Both the position numbers and the translations under genes were made by a program. A DNA stretch of 32,000 bases from Sinorhizobium meliloti (GTDB lineage Bacteria; Pseudomonadota; Alphaproteobacteria; Rhizobiales; Rhizobiaceae). The stretch is taken from NCBI RefSeq assembly GCF_017876815.1, contig NZ_JAGIOS010000001.1, positions 2,550,001-2,582,000 of the forward strand, read 5' to 3'. Numbering within the stretch: the first letter of the stretch is position 1; each line of letters opens with the position of its first letter. The notes beneath the pieces were generated by a model. The model worked only from the letters and a program-made list of their open reading frames with translations. It searched no databases and had not been told where the DNA came from. This document shows positions 15,352-24,285 of this stretch, piece by piece.

Positions 15352-16143
15352 TCAGCGCCCGGCATAGCGTGGCTCTCGCCGCTCTTTCCAGGCGGCAAGC
15401 CCTTCCTTGAGATCATGGCTCGGAACCATCCGTGCGAATTGCTCGCTTTCGCACAGCAGACCTTCTCCGATCGCCATGTTGAGGCCACGCGTCACGGCGG
15501 TGATGATGGCGGCGGTGGCAAGAGGCGAATGGCGAATGGTGCGACCCGCAAGCGCTCGGGCCGAGGCGATCAGTTGCTCATGCGGCACGACGGCATTGAC
15601 GAGCCCCATGTCCAGCGCGCGCTGGGGCGAGAACGCATCCCCGGTCAGAAGCAGCTCGAGCGCACGCTTCCGACCCGCCAGGCGAGGCAGTCTCTGAGTG
15701 CCCCCGAATGTCGGCGGCATGGCAAGCTTGATTTCCGGCTTGGCAAAGCGCGCCCGCTCGCTCGCGATCGCGAGGTGCACCGCTTCGGTCACCTCGCAGC
15801 CGCCACCATAGGCGAGACCGTTGACGGCAGCGATCACAGGCTTCGGAAAGGCCTCCAGGCGGTGCGTGAGCTGTTGGCCCCGCCGGACAAAATCGCGGGT
15901 GGCAGCGTTCACGCCCTTGGCCACGCTGCCGGAAAATTCGTGGATGTCGCCGCCTGCGGAAAAGGCGCGATCGCCGGCGACGGTGAGGATGACCGCCTGC
16001 ACCGTCTCGTCGATCTCGATACGGTCGAGAAGGGCTAAAAGCCGATCGATCAGTTCGTAGTTGAGCGCATTCAGCTTTTCGGGCCGGTTGAGGGTCAGGA
16101 GGGCGATGCCGGCCGAAATTTCGATGAGAACCGTGTCGGACAT
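15352..16143 (-). CDS. enoyl-CoA hydratase/isomerase (crotonase) family protein
   Basis: 263 aa from ATG 16143 ('MSDTVLIEISAGIALLTLNRPEKLNAL'). Oxyanion-hole segments 'FSAGGDI' and 'AAVNGLAYGGGCE' are present. The track ORF's upstream 234 aa are an artefact antisense to the TetR gene. Confidence 0.9.
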   Translation of the reverse strand: MSDTVLIEISAGIALLTLNRPEKLNALNYELIDRLLALLDRIEIDETVQAVILTVAGDRAFSAGGDIHEFSGSVAKGVNAATRDFVRRGQQLTHRLEAFPKPVIAAVNGLAYGGGCEVTEAVHLAIASERARFAKPEIKLAMPPTFGGTQRLPRLAGRKRALELLLTGDAFSPQRALDMGLVNAVVPHEQLIASARALAGRTIRHSPLATAAIITAVTRGLNMAIGEGLLCESEQFARMVPSHDLKEGLAAWKERREPRYAGR

Positions 16144-16196
16144 GAATTGTCTCCCATCATGTATTGACGAGCGGAGGCTAAGTCGGCGACACAGGA

Positions 16197-16222
16197 ATGT
16201 ATATTCACTAGTCGGTATACAT
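16197..16222. promoter_or_regulatory. candidate TetR operator palindrome in the divergent promoter region
   Basis: ATGTATA-N12-TATACAT with a central ACTAGT. It lies between the crotonase start (16143) and the TetR start (16228). Confidence 0.45.
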
Positions 16223-16227
16223 GGCTC

Positions 16228-16824
16228 ATGACGACGGCACCGAACACACGCGAACGCATCGTTTCCGCCGCTTCCAAGCTGTTCTATGCCGAAGGGATCC
16301 GCGCCGTCGGTGTGGACGCAGTCGCCGAGGCGGCCGGCGTGACGAAGCGAACGCTCTATTATCACTTCAAAAGCAAGGACGACCTGATTGCCGCCTATCT
16401 CGAAGGGCGTGATCAGCCGAACCTCAAGCTCTTCCAGAAATGGTTCAGCGAAGCCGAGGGCGGCGTGGCATCGAGGGTCGAGGGCATCTTCTTCAATCTC
16501 GCCCGCGCCGCCCGACATCCGAAATGGAAGGGCTGCGGCTTCCTGCGCACCTCCGCCGAACTCGCCAGCATGCCGGGGCACCCGGCGATCCGTATCGGCG
16601 CCGCGCATAAGAAAAAATTCGAGGACTGGCTCCGGCAGGCGTTCGAGGCGGAAGGGATCGTGGAGGCGGAAGAGCTCGCGCGGCAGGTCCTGTTGCTCCT
16701 CGACGGCAGCTTCGCCGTCGTTCTGCTCCACCGTGATCCGAGCTATATGGAGACGGCGGGTGCGGCGGCGGCCTCGCTCGTCAAGCTGGCGCTGTCGGAG
16801 CGGACAATCGGGAGGGTCAAATGA
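16228..16824 (+). CDS. TetR/AcrR-family transcriptional regulator
   Basis: N-terminal HTH 'RERIVSAASKLFYAEGIRAVGVDAVAEAAGVTKRTLYYHFKSKDDL'. Confidence 0.9.
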   Translation: MTTAPNTRERIVSAASKLFYAEGIRAVGVDAVAEAAGVTKRTLYYHFKSKDDLIAAYLEGRDQPNLKLFQKWFSEAEGGVASRVEGIFFNLARAARHPKWKGCGFLRTSAELASMPGHPAIRIGAAHKKKFEDWLRQAFEAEGIVEAEELARQVLLLLDGSFAVVLLHRDPSYMETAGAAAASLVKLALSERTIGRVK

Positions 16825-17183
16825 CTGTACGACGCATCGTGCCAAATCTTCAGGTGTCCGATCCGCTTCAGGCGCATCGGTTCTATGCGGACCTGCTCGG
16901 CATGGAGGTGGTGATGGATCACGGCTGGATCGTCACATTTGCGGCGGTAGGCCGCACCGCCATGCCGCAGGTGAGCTTCGCCACCGAAGGCGGGTCCGGA
17001 ACGCCGGTCCCGGCGCTCTCGATCGAGGTGGATGACGTGGACGAAACCTATCGCCGCGCCGCGGCCGCGGGTGTGGAGATCGTCTACGATATCACCGACG
17101 AAAGCTGGGGCGTGCGCCGGTTCTTTCTGCGCGATCCGTTCGGCAATATCGTCAACGTCCTTTCGCACCGGCCGAGGACTTAG
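16821..17183 (+). CDS. VOC-family (glyoxalase / bleomycin-resistance fold) protein
   Basis: 120 aa. 'VPNLQVSDPLQAHRFYADLLGMEV' and 'FFLRDPFGNIVNV' are typical VOC beta-alpha-beta-beta-beta modules. The ATG overlaps the TetR stop (ATGA). Confidence 0.85.
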   Translation: MTVRRIVPNLQVSDPLQAHRFYADLLGMEVVMDHGWIVTFAAVGRTAMPQVSFATEGGSGTPVPALSIEVDDVDETYRRAAAAGVEIVYDITDESWGVRRFFLRDPFGNIVNVLSHRPRT

Positions 17184-17272
17184 AGCGGGACGGGGAAATT
17201 GCGTGCGGTTTTCCTTCCGCATCCCGCGTCACAACCAATTAGAATCGGTCACGTTCGGAACCGGTTGCTTCC

Positions 17273-17391
17273 TTCCTCATCCCTGTGCTCGTCACAGGGA
17301 TCCAGCAGCGCCGCGTCTGCGGCGCGGGAAGAGTCCTTTCACCCCAAGGACTTGGGCTGACTGGATTCCTGTGACGAGCACAGGAATGAGG
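17273..17391. repeat. RIME-type rhizobial intergenic mosaic element, copy 2
   Basis: See copy 1. The left palindrome here is 'ATCCCTGTG..CACAGGGAT'. Confidence 0.75.
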
Positions 17392-17441
17392 TTCAAGCCC
17401 TTGCCATACCGCGACAGACGAGGGGCCAAAGCCCTGACGCC

Positions 17442-18725
17442 TCAGATCATCGTCAGCGCGTTCGCGACGTCGGCGACGAGATCGTCCGGATGCTCGATGC
17501 CGATCGACAGGCGGATCGTGGATTCGAGCACGCCGATCCGGGCGCGGACCTCGATCGGCACGCCGGAATGCGTCATCGCCGCCGGGTGGCTAGCGAGCGA
17601 TTCCGTACCGCCGAGGCTGACGGCGAGCTTGAAGATCTGCAGTGCGTTGAGGAAGCGGAATGCCGCCTCCTGGCCGCCGGCGATGTCGAAGGAGAAGGTC
17701 GATCCCGCCCCGGTGCATTGCGTGGCGAATACACGGCCGACCGGCGTGTCCGCGTCGTGGAACGGCAGATAGTGGATTCGCTCGACCTTGGGATGGTCGC
17801 GCAGGAATTCGGCGACGATGCGGGCGTTGTCGTTTGCCTTTTCCATACGCACAGACAGGGTTTCGAGCGAGCGGCCGATCATCCAGCAGGAATGCGGGTC
17901 GAGCTGCGTGCCGATCGAGCCGCGCAGGGCCTTCACCTGCCTGATCAGCGCCTTGGAGCCGAGAACGGCGCCGGCGATCAGGTCGGAATGGCCGCCGACA
18001 TATTTGGTCAGCGAATAAAGGGAAAGGTCCGCCCCGTGTTCGATCGGGTGCTGAAAGACGGGGCCGAGCAGGGTGTTGTCGCAGGCGACGATCGGCCGAT
18101 GCGCCTGTCTTTCTCCGATCCTTTCGGCAATGCGGCGGACCAACGCGACGTCGACAAGGCTGTTGGTGGGATTGGCCGGCGTCTCTATCAGGATCACGGA
18201 GACCCGTCCCTTACTCATCGCCTCTTCAGCCGCGGCATTGACGGCCGCCTCGTCTGTACCGTCGGCAAAGCCGACGGCGGAGACGCCCAGATTGAGGAAG
18301 GTCTTGGCGAGCAACGTTTCGGTGCCGCCGTAAAGCGGCTGCGAATGCAGGATGGAATCGCCCGGCCGCACGAAGGCGAGAAGCGTGGTGGCGATCGCCG
18401 ACATGCCGGAGGAAAAGAGCGCGCCGGCTTCCGCTCGTTCGAAAATGGCGAGCCGGTCTTCGACGATCTCGCTGTTCGGGTGATTGAAGCGGGAATAGAC
18501 GAGCCCGGCACCCACGCCAGCGGGCGGTTCGCGCCGCCCGGAGACGAAGTCGAAGAAGTCGCGGCCCTCCTCGGCGGAGTGGAAGACGAAAGTCGAGGTG
18601 AGAAAGATCGGCGGTTTGACAGCACCCTCCGAGAGCTCGGGGTCGTAACCATAATTCAGCATCAGCGTTTCGGGATGCAGTTTGTGGTTGCCGATATGGG
18701 TCTTGGAAGGGTGCGGCGCGGTCAT
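17442..18725 (-). CDS. Cys/Met-metabolism PLP-dependent enzyme (cystathionine gamma-synthase / methionine gamma-lyase family)
   Basis: 427 aa. 'YSRFNHPN', 'SSGMSAI' and the PLP-lysine motif '[12 protein letters not shown]' are present. Confidence 0.9.
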   Translation of the reverse strand: MTAPHPSKTHIGNHKLHPETLMLNYGYDPELSEGAVKPPIFLTSTFVFHSAEEGRDFFDFVSGRREPPAGVGAGLVYSRFNHPNSEIVEDRLAIFERAEAGALFSSGMSAIATTLLAFVRPGDSILHSQPLYGGTETLLAKTFLNLGVSAVGFADGTDEAAVNAAAEEAMSKGRVSVILIETPANPTNSLVDVALVRRIAERIGERQAHRPIVACDNTLLGPVFQHPIEHGADLSLYSLTKYVGGHSDLIAGAVLGSKALIRQVKALRGSIGTQLDPHSCWMIGRSLETLSVRMEKANDNARIVAEFLRDHPKVERIHYLPFHDADTPVGRVFATQCTGAGSTFSFDIAGGQEAAFRFLNALQIFKLAVSLGGTESLASHPAAMTHSGVPIEVRARIGVLESTIRLSIGIEHPDDLVADVANALTMI

Positions 18726-18961
18726 GGGTTTTTCTCCTTGGCGCAGGCAGACTCTACTACCGGCTTGAATATACCAAACGTCTGCGCACGATCCTTGCTA
18801 TTTGCGATCACTTCGTTTTGATGCCCGCAATCTCTTGCCGGTGCAAAGAACCTCTCCAGTGCCTCCGCTGCACGTTTTTGTCCTTTGCAGCAGGCTCGCG
18901 GGAATTGACTGCGCGCCCGCGGAAAGCGACATTGCCGCCAGCGCCCGAAGTGGAGTCCGCC

Positions 18962-20641
18962 ATGGAACACGTTCAGCAGACGGACCTGCCAAGACCGGTG
19001 TACCGTCACATCTCCACCTTCCTGCGTTCGTTTTCCACAAGCGGCCTCCTCGTCGGCATTCTGTTCTTTGCAGTTTCGCTGACGCCAAGTCTGATACCCA
19101 GGCCCTATCTCATTCAGGCCGTGATCTCCGGATTTTCTCTTGCGGCCGGCTACGCGGCCGGTGTGTCTCTGCGCTGGCTCTGGTCCTTCTTCGAACTCCC
19201 CGAGCCGACGGTGCGGCGCGCGCGAACATTGAAGATCGCCGCTGCGATCGTCTCGATAGCGGCTGCGGCCGTATTCCTGTGGCAGGCGGCGCATTGGCAA
19301 AACACGGTTCGGCACATCATGGGCCTTGAGCCCATCGAGAGCGCCGAGCCGGTCAAGCTCGGTCTGATAGCCGTGCTCATGTTCATCGCCCTGGTCCTCC
19401 TGGCGCGGCTGTTCCGGCTGACCTTTCGCGTGCTTTCCCGATGGCTGCAATATTTCCTCACGCGGCCGATCGCCAATGCTCTCGGCGGGCTGGTGGCGCT
19501 CGCGCTGTTCTGGTCCGCTGCGAACGGCGTGATCTTCAAGTTCGCGCTTCGTGCCGCAGACAGTTCTTTCCAGCAACTCGATGCGCTTATGGATCCCGAG
19601 ATCGCACCGCCTGCCGACCTCGCCAGGACGGGGAGCGGCGCGTCGCTCGTGCACTGGGACGAGCTTGGGCGCCAGGGGCGGCAGTTCATCGCGTCCGGAC
19701 CGACCGGCGCTGACATCGGCGCCTTCTTCGGGGCTGCAGCCCCTGATCCCGTGCGTGTCTATGTCGGACTGAATTCCGCCGAGACCGCGCGGGAGCGGGC
19801 GAAGCTGGCGCTGGAGGAGCTGAAGCGTGCCGGGGGCTTCGAGCGCAAGTCACTGATTGTCGTCGTGCCGACCGGCACCGGCTGGATCGACCCCGAGGCG
19901 CTCGACACGGTCGAATATCTGCTTCACGGCGACGTCGCGAGCGTGGCCGTGCAATATTCCTATCTCACCAGCTGGCTCTCCCTGCTGGTCGAGCCGGGCT
20001 ACGGCGCCGACGCGGCCGACGCCCTCTTCGACGCGGTCTATGGCTACTGGACGACGCTGCCCAGGGATCGTCGGCCCAAGCTCTACCTGCACGGCCTGAG
20101 TCTTGGCGCGATGAATTCGCAAGGATCGGTCGATCTCTTCGACGTCATCAGCGATCCCTTCCAGGGCGCGCTCTGGAGCGGACCGCCGTTTCCGAGCGCG
20201 CTCTGGCGTTCGGTGACGGCCGACCGCGTCGCCGGCTCGAGCGCCTGGCTTCCGCGCTATCGCGACAGCTCCGCCATCCGCTTCACCAGCCAGGAGAATG
20301 CGCTCGACATTCCCGGTGCGCATTGGGGCGCGATGCGGATCGTCTATCTGCAATATGCCAGCGATCCGGTGACCTTTTTCGATCCCCATTCCTTCTACCG
20401 GGAGCCGGACTGGATGAAGCCCCCGCGGGGGCCGGACGTTTCGCCGGCGCTGAACTGGTTTCCCGTGGTCACGGGGCTGCAGCTGCTTGCCGACATGGCA
20501 TTGGCGACGACCTCGCCGATGGGCTACGGCCATGTCTACGCACCGGAACATTACATCGACGCCTGGATGGCGGTCACCGATCCGCAGGGGATTACGGCCG
20601 AGGATGTCACGCGGTTGAAGGCGCGATTCTCCGTGCGGTAG
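18962..20641 (+). CDS. membrane-anchored alpha/beta-hydrolase family protein
   Basis: The start is set at ATG 18962 (MEHVQQ). The N-terminal ~200 aa contain several hydrophobic helices. The C-terminal domain carries a nucleophile elbow 'LYLHGLSLGA' (G-x-S-x-G). Confidence 0.75.
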   Translation: MEHVQQTDLPRPVYRHISTFLRSFSTSGLLVGILFFAVSLTPSLIPRPYLIQAVISGFSLAAGYAAGVSLRWLWSFFELPEPTVRRARTLKIAAAIVSIAAAAVFLWQAAHWQNTVRHIMGLEPIESAEPVKLGLIAVLMFIALVLLARLFRLTFRVLSRWLQYFLTRPIANALGGLVALALFWSAANGVIFKFALRAADSSFQQLDALMDPEIAPPADLARTGSGASLVHWDELGRQGRQFIASGPTGADIGAFFGAAAPDPVRVYVGLNSAETARERAKLALEELKRAGGFERKSLIVVVPTGTGWIDPEALDTVEYLLHGDVASVAVQYSYLTSWLSLLVEPGYGADAADALFDAVYGYWTTLPRDRRPKLYLHGLSLGAMNSQGSVDLFDVISDPFQGALWSGPPFPSALWRSVTADRVAGSSAWLPRYRDSSAIRFTSQENALDIPGAHWGAMRIVYLQYASDPVTFFDPHSFYREPDWMKPPRGPDVSPALNWFPVVTGLQLLADMALATTSPMGYGHVYAPEHYIDAWMAVTDPQGITAEDVTRLKARFSVR

Positions 20642-20682
20642 GTGCACGTCAGCCCCTCGAACCGGGTGGTACCCCGGGGTTT

Positions 20683-20812
20683 GCCCCTCACCCTAACCCT
20701 CTCCCCGCAAGCGGGGCGAGGGGACGAGTTCGCTTGGGATCCGTTGAGGCCGAAGCGCCGCACAACGGTGTCCCCTCTCCCCGCAGGCGGGGAGAGGGTT
20801 AGGGTGAGGGGC
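20683..20812. repeat. inverted pair of 43-bp REP-like palindromic units
   Basis: GCCCCTCACCCTAACCCTCTCCCCGCAAGCGGGGCGAGGGGAC (20683-20725) matches the reverse complement of 20770-20812 at 40/43 positions. Each unit also contains its own CTCCCCGC/GCGGGG hairpin. The pair lies between convergent genes. Confidence 0.7.
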
Positions 20813-20869
20813 AGGCTTGGGTTCAGACCGGGTTGATTGTCAACCTGGTTGAACCTTCTCCACGGGACC

Positions 20870-21715
20870 CTACAGACCGACCAATAGTCCCTCCATTGCG
20901 CCGATGATCTTGCGGTGCTGATGGGCATGGCGGGTGCGGAGACTCGTTGCCGCATAGACGGTCTGAGGGATGACCGGCGCGTCGGCCACGACGGCAACGC
21001 GGTCGGAGAGCCGATCGGCTGTCGCCTGCGTCACGTAAGCGGCGCCGCCGAGCGTGCGCAACAGGTCCGTGACGGCCATGTTCTGGCCGGCGGCAAGCGA
21101 AGCGCCCGAAAGGTGCGGAAGTGCCAGGCGGTGCGCCCGGTCGAAGGCCGGCGAGTAACTCGAACGGATATAGGTTTCGGGCTTCACCCCGGCCATCTCA
21201 GGAGCATCGGTGGTGACCAGCACGTAATGCAGTTCACCGATCCGTTCATAGTGAAGGTCGGGCAGGAAATGCGGTGTGTAGAGGATCGCGAGATCGAGCT
21301 CCCCGGCGGCGAGATCGCGGTTCATCTGGTTCGAATAATCCGCCTCCATATAGATCTCGGTGGTCGGCAGATCGCGGCGGATCGCAGCCACCCAGCGGCC
21401 GGCAATGGTCTCGGCCAGGTCGTGCTGAATTCCGAGCCGCATCGAACGTTCCAGAGCGCCGGCACTCGCTACTGCACGGGTCGCTTCATGCCACTGATTC
21501 TGCAAGGCTTTCGCATAATCCAGAAAGCGCAGTCCCGCGGCGGTCGGAAGGGTTCCGCCCTTGTTGCGGGTGAAGAGCTTGCGGCTGAACTGCGTCTCCA
21601 GGGCCTTCACCCTATGGGAAACCGTGGATTGCGTGATGTTGAGCCGCTCGGCCGTCCGGTTGAAGCTGCGCGTTTCCATCAGGTCAAGAAAGGTTTCGAT
21701 CAGGTCCACCTGCAT
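20870..21715 (-). CDS. LysR-family transcriptional regulator
   Basis: N-terminal HTH 'LIETFLDLMETRSFNRTAERLNITQSTVSHRVKALE'. 281 aa, divergent from the demethylase operon. Confidence 0.9.
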   Translation of the reverse strand: MQVDLIETFLDLMETRSFNRTAERLNITQSTVSHRVKALETQFSRKLFTRNKGGTLPTAAGLRFLDYAKALQNQWHEATRAVASAGALERSMRLGIQHDLAETIAGRWVAAIRRDLPTTEIYMEADYSNQMNRDLAAGELDLAILYTPHFLPDLHYERIGELHYVLVTTDAPEMAGVKPETYIRSSYSPAFDRAHRLALPHLSGASLAAGQNMAVTDLLRTLGGAAYVTQATADRLSDRVAVVADAPVIPQTVYAATSLRTRHAHQHRKIIGAMEGLLVGL

Positions 21716-21748
21716 TTGTGTCGCTCCTTGCTCCTACCGGGCAATCTA

Positions 21749-21763
21749 ATCGAATTCTTCGAT
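21749..21763. promoter_or_regulatory. LysR-type T-N11-A box
   Basis: ATCGAA-TTC-TTCGAT is a perfect inverted repeat containing T-N11-A. It lies 34 nt upstream of the LysR start and 75 nt upstream of ATG 21838. Confidence 0.5.
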
Positions 21764-21837
21764 CAATAAAGCTCAATCGCCGCGCTTGATGGCATCAGGC
21801 TTCCCCGTCAAAAATCGCCGTAACAGAGGGAGCCAGC

Positions 21838-24285
21838 ATGTCGAATTTGCCGTCTCACGCGCGCGTCGTGATCATTGGTGGGGGAGCCGTCGGTGCCTCC
21901 TCGCTGTACCATCTTGCCAAGGCCGGTTGGACCGACTGCGTGCTTCTTGAAAAGAACGAGCTCACGGCCGGCTCCACCTGGCATGCGGCCGGCAACGTGC
22001 CGACCTTCTCCTCATCCTGGTCGATCATGAACATGCAGCGCTATTCGGCCTCGCTCTATCGCGACCTGGGTGCGCTCGTCGATTACCCGATGAACTATCA
22101 TGTGACGGGCTCCATCCGCCTCGGCCATTCGAAGGAGCGGCTGCAGGAGTTCAAGCGCGTCGTCGGCATGGGCCGCTACCAGGGCATGGACCTCGATATC
22201 CTGACGCCCGGGGAAATGCGCAGCCGCTATCCCTTCCTCGAAACGCATGACCTGACGGGCGCGCTTTACGATCCCTATGACGGCGACATCGATCCGGCGC
22301 AGCTGACCCAGGCGCTCGCCAAGGGCGCGCGCGACATGGGCGCGAAGATCATCCGCTTCTGTCCCGTGACCGGTGCCCGGCGCGAAAGGGATGAATGGGT
22401 GGTCGAGACGGCGCAGGGCGAAATCCGCTGCGAATATGTCGTCAACGCCGCTGGCTACTACGCCCGCGAGGTCGGGAAGATGTTCGGCCGCGACGTGCCG
22501 ATGATGGTGATGAGTCATCAGTACATTCTTTTCGACGAGATCCCGGAGCTTGCCGCCTGGTCGAAGGAGGTTGGGCACAAGCTGCCGCTCCTTCGCGATG
22601 TCGACTCCTCCTATTATCTCCGGCAGGAGAAATACGGCATGAATCTCGGGCCATACGAGAAGAACTGCCGCGCTCATTGGGCAACACCGGATGACCCGAT
22701 GCCGGAGGACTTCTCCTTCCAGCTCTTCCCGGACGATCTCGAAAGGCTGGAATGGTATCTGAACGATGCGGTCGAGCGCGTGCCGATCCTGGGAACGGCA
22801 GGTCTTTCGCGCGTCATCAACGGACCGATCCCCTATGCGCCGGACGGCAATCCGCTGATCGGGCCCATGCCCGGCGTGCCGAACGCCTTCGAAGCCTGCG
22901 TCTTTACCTTTGGCATCTGTCAGGCCGGCGGGGCGGGCAAGGTGCTCGCCGAATGGGTGACCGAGGGCCGGACCGAATGGGACATGTGGTCCTGCGACCC
23001 GCGCCGCTACACGGACTATACCGACCAGGACTATTGCATCGCCAAGGGCATGGAGATCTACGGCCACGAATATGCAATGCATTTCCCGAAGCACTACTGG
23101 CCTGCCGGGCGCGGCAGGAAGCTCTCGCCGATCCATGATCGCATTGCGGCGCTCGGCGCTCAGTTCAAGCCCTATAACGGCTGGGAACGCGCCATGTGGT
23201 ACGCGAAACCGGGCGACGACACGTCAGAGGCTGCGACGCAGACCTGGGGAAGGGAAGGCCCTTGGGCGAAGCGGATCGAGGAGGAGTGTCTCGCCGTGCG
23301 CGATGCTGCAGGCATTCTCGACCTGCCGGGCTTCTCGCGCTTCCGGCTGAAAGGCGAGGGCGCGCGCGAGTGGCTCTCCGGCCTCATCACCGGCCGCGTA
23401 CCGAAGCCCGGCCGCATCGGGCTGGCCTATTTCGCCGACGACAAGGGCCGCATCCTCACCGAAATGTCCGTCATGGCGATCGAGGAGGATTTCTTCTTCC
23501 TGATCACCGCGGCGACGGCGCAGTGGCATGATTTCGAGTGGCTGCGGAAGCATCGCCCGGCGGACGCCGCCTTCACGCTTGACGACGTGACGGTGAAATT
23601 CGCCTGCCAGATCCTGACGGGGCCGAAATCGCGCGCGATCCTGGCCGAGGTCTCGGATGCCGACCTTGCGAAGGGGTGGCTGACGCATCAGACGGCGCAG
23701 ATCGCCGGCCGCTATTGCCAGCTTGTGCGGGTCTCCTTCGCCGGCGAACTCGGCTGGGAGATCCACACGAAAGTGGAGGATACCGCCGCGGTCTTCGATG
23801 CCGTCTGGGACGCCGGGCAGAAGCACGGCCTCAAGCCCTTCGGCATGGAGGCGCTCGACAGTCTGCGCATCGAGAAGGGCTACCGCGCCTGGAAGGGCGA
23901 TCTTTCCACCGATTACACGGTTTTGCAGGGCGGGCTCGAACGCTTCGTCGACTGGGCGAAGCCGGATTTCAAGGGCAAGGCGGCGCTGGAGCGTGAGAAG
24001 CAGCAGGGCGTCGCGAAGCGCTTCGTGACGCTGACGGTCGAGGCCGGCGACTGCGACGCGCCCTACATGTCGACGCTCTGGTCGGGCGGCGAGGTCGTCG
24101 GCGAGACCACGTCCGGAAACTGGGGCTACCGTACCGGCAAGTCGATCGCACTCGGCATGCTGCGCGCCGATCTGGCCGTTCCCGGCCAGGAGGTCGAGGT
24201 GGAGATTTTCGGCGACCGCTTCAAGGCTATCGTCCAGCCGGACCAGCCGCTCTGGGATCCCTCGAATGAAAGACTGAAGGCATGA
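21838..24285 (+). CDS. dimethylglycine/sarcosine-dehydrogenase-like FAD oxidoreductase fused to a GcvT (folate-binding aminomethyltransferase) domain, paralog 1
   Basis: 815 aa. Dinucleotide fold 'VVIIGGGAVGAS', covalent-flavin His context 'GSTWHAAG' and a C-terminal GcvT-like 'LDSLRIEKGY'. RBS AGAGGGAG lies 5 nt upstream. Confidence 0.9.
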   Translation: MSNLPSHARVVIIGGGAVGASSLYHLAKAGWTDCVLLEKNELTAGSTWHAAGNVPTFSSSWSIMNMQRYSASLYRDLGALVDYPMNYHVTGSIRLGHSKERLQEFKRVVGMGRYQGMDLDILTPGEMRSRYPFLETHDLTGALYDPYDGDIDPAQLTQALAKGARDMGAKIIRFCPVTGARRERDEWVVETAQGEIRCEYVVNAAGYYAREVGKMFGRDVPMMVMSHQYILFDEIPELAAWSKEVGHKLPLLRDVDSSYYLRQEKYGMNLGPYEKNCRAHWATPDDPMPEDFSFQLFPDDLERLEWYLNDAVERVPILGTAGLSRVINGPIPYAPDGNPLIGPMPGVPNAFEACVFTFGICQAGGAGKVLAEWVTEGRTEWDMWSCDPRRYTDYTDQDYCIAKGMEIYGHEYAMHFPKHYWPAGRGRKLSPIHDRIAALGAQFKPYNGWERAMWYAKPGDDTSEAATQTWGREGPWAKRIEEECLAVRDAAGILDLPGFSRFRLKGEGAREWLSGLITGRVPKPGRIGLAYFADDKGRILTEMSVMAIEEDFFFLITAATAQWHDFEWLRKHRPADAAFTLDDVTVKFACQILTGPKSRAILAEVSDADLAKGWLTHQTAQIAGRYCQLVRVSFAGELGWEIHTKVEDTAAVFDAVWDAGQKHGLKPFGMEALDSLRIEKGYRAWKGDLSTDYTVLQGGLERFVDWAKPDFKGKAALEREKQQGVAKRFVTLTVEAGDCDAPYMSTLWSGGEVVGETTSGNWGYRTGKSIALGMLRADLAVPGQEVEVEIFGDRFKAIVQPDQPLWDPSNERLKA

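Noticed and set aside
16144-16845. Upstream 234 aa of the 497-aa track ORF containing the crotonase
   Set aside because: This part is antisense to the TetR gene and has no crotonase homology. A proper ATG at 16143 gives a canonical 263-aa enzyme.
17490-18821. 443-aa plus-strand ORF
   Set aside because: It is antisense to the PLP enzyme, which carries the '[11 protein letters not shown]' lysine motif. The ORF itself has no motifs.
18726-18961. Possible SAM riboswitch (SAM-II type) in the 236-nt leader of the Cys/Met PLP enzyme
   Set aside because: I read the leader on the minus strand and found neither the conserved AAAGCU element nor a convincing pseudoknot arrangement. A covariance-model scan would be needed to exclude one fully.
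18722-19654. 310-aa minus-strand ORF
   Set aside because: It is antisense to the membrane alpha/beta-hydrolase. The product is Arg/Glu/Gly-rich with no hydrophobic core pattern.
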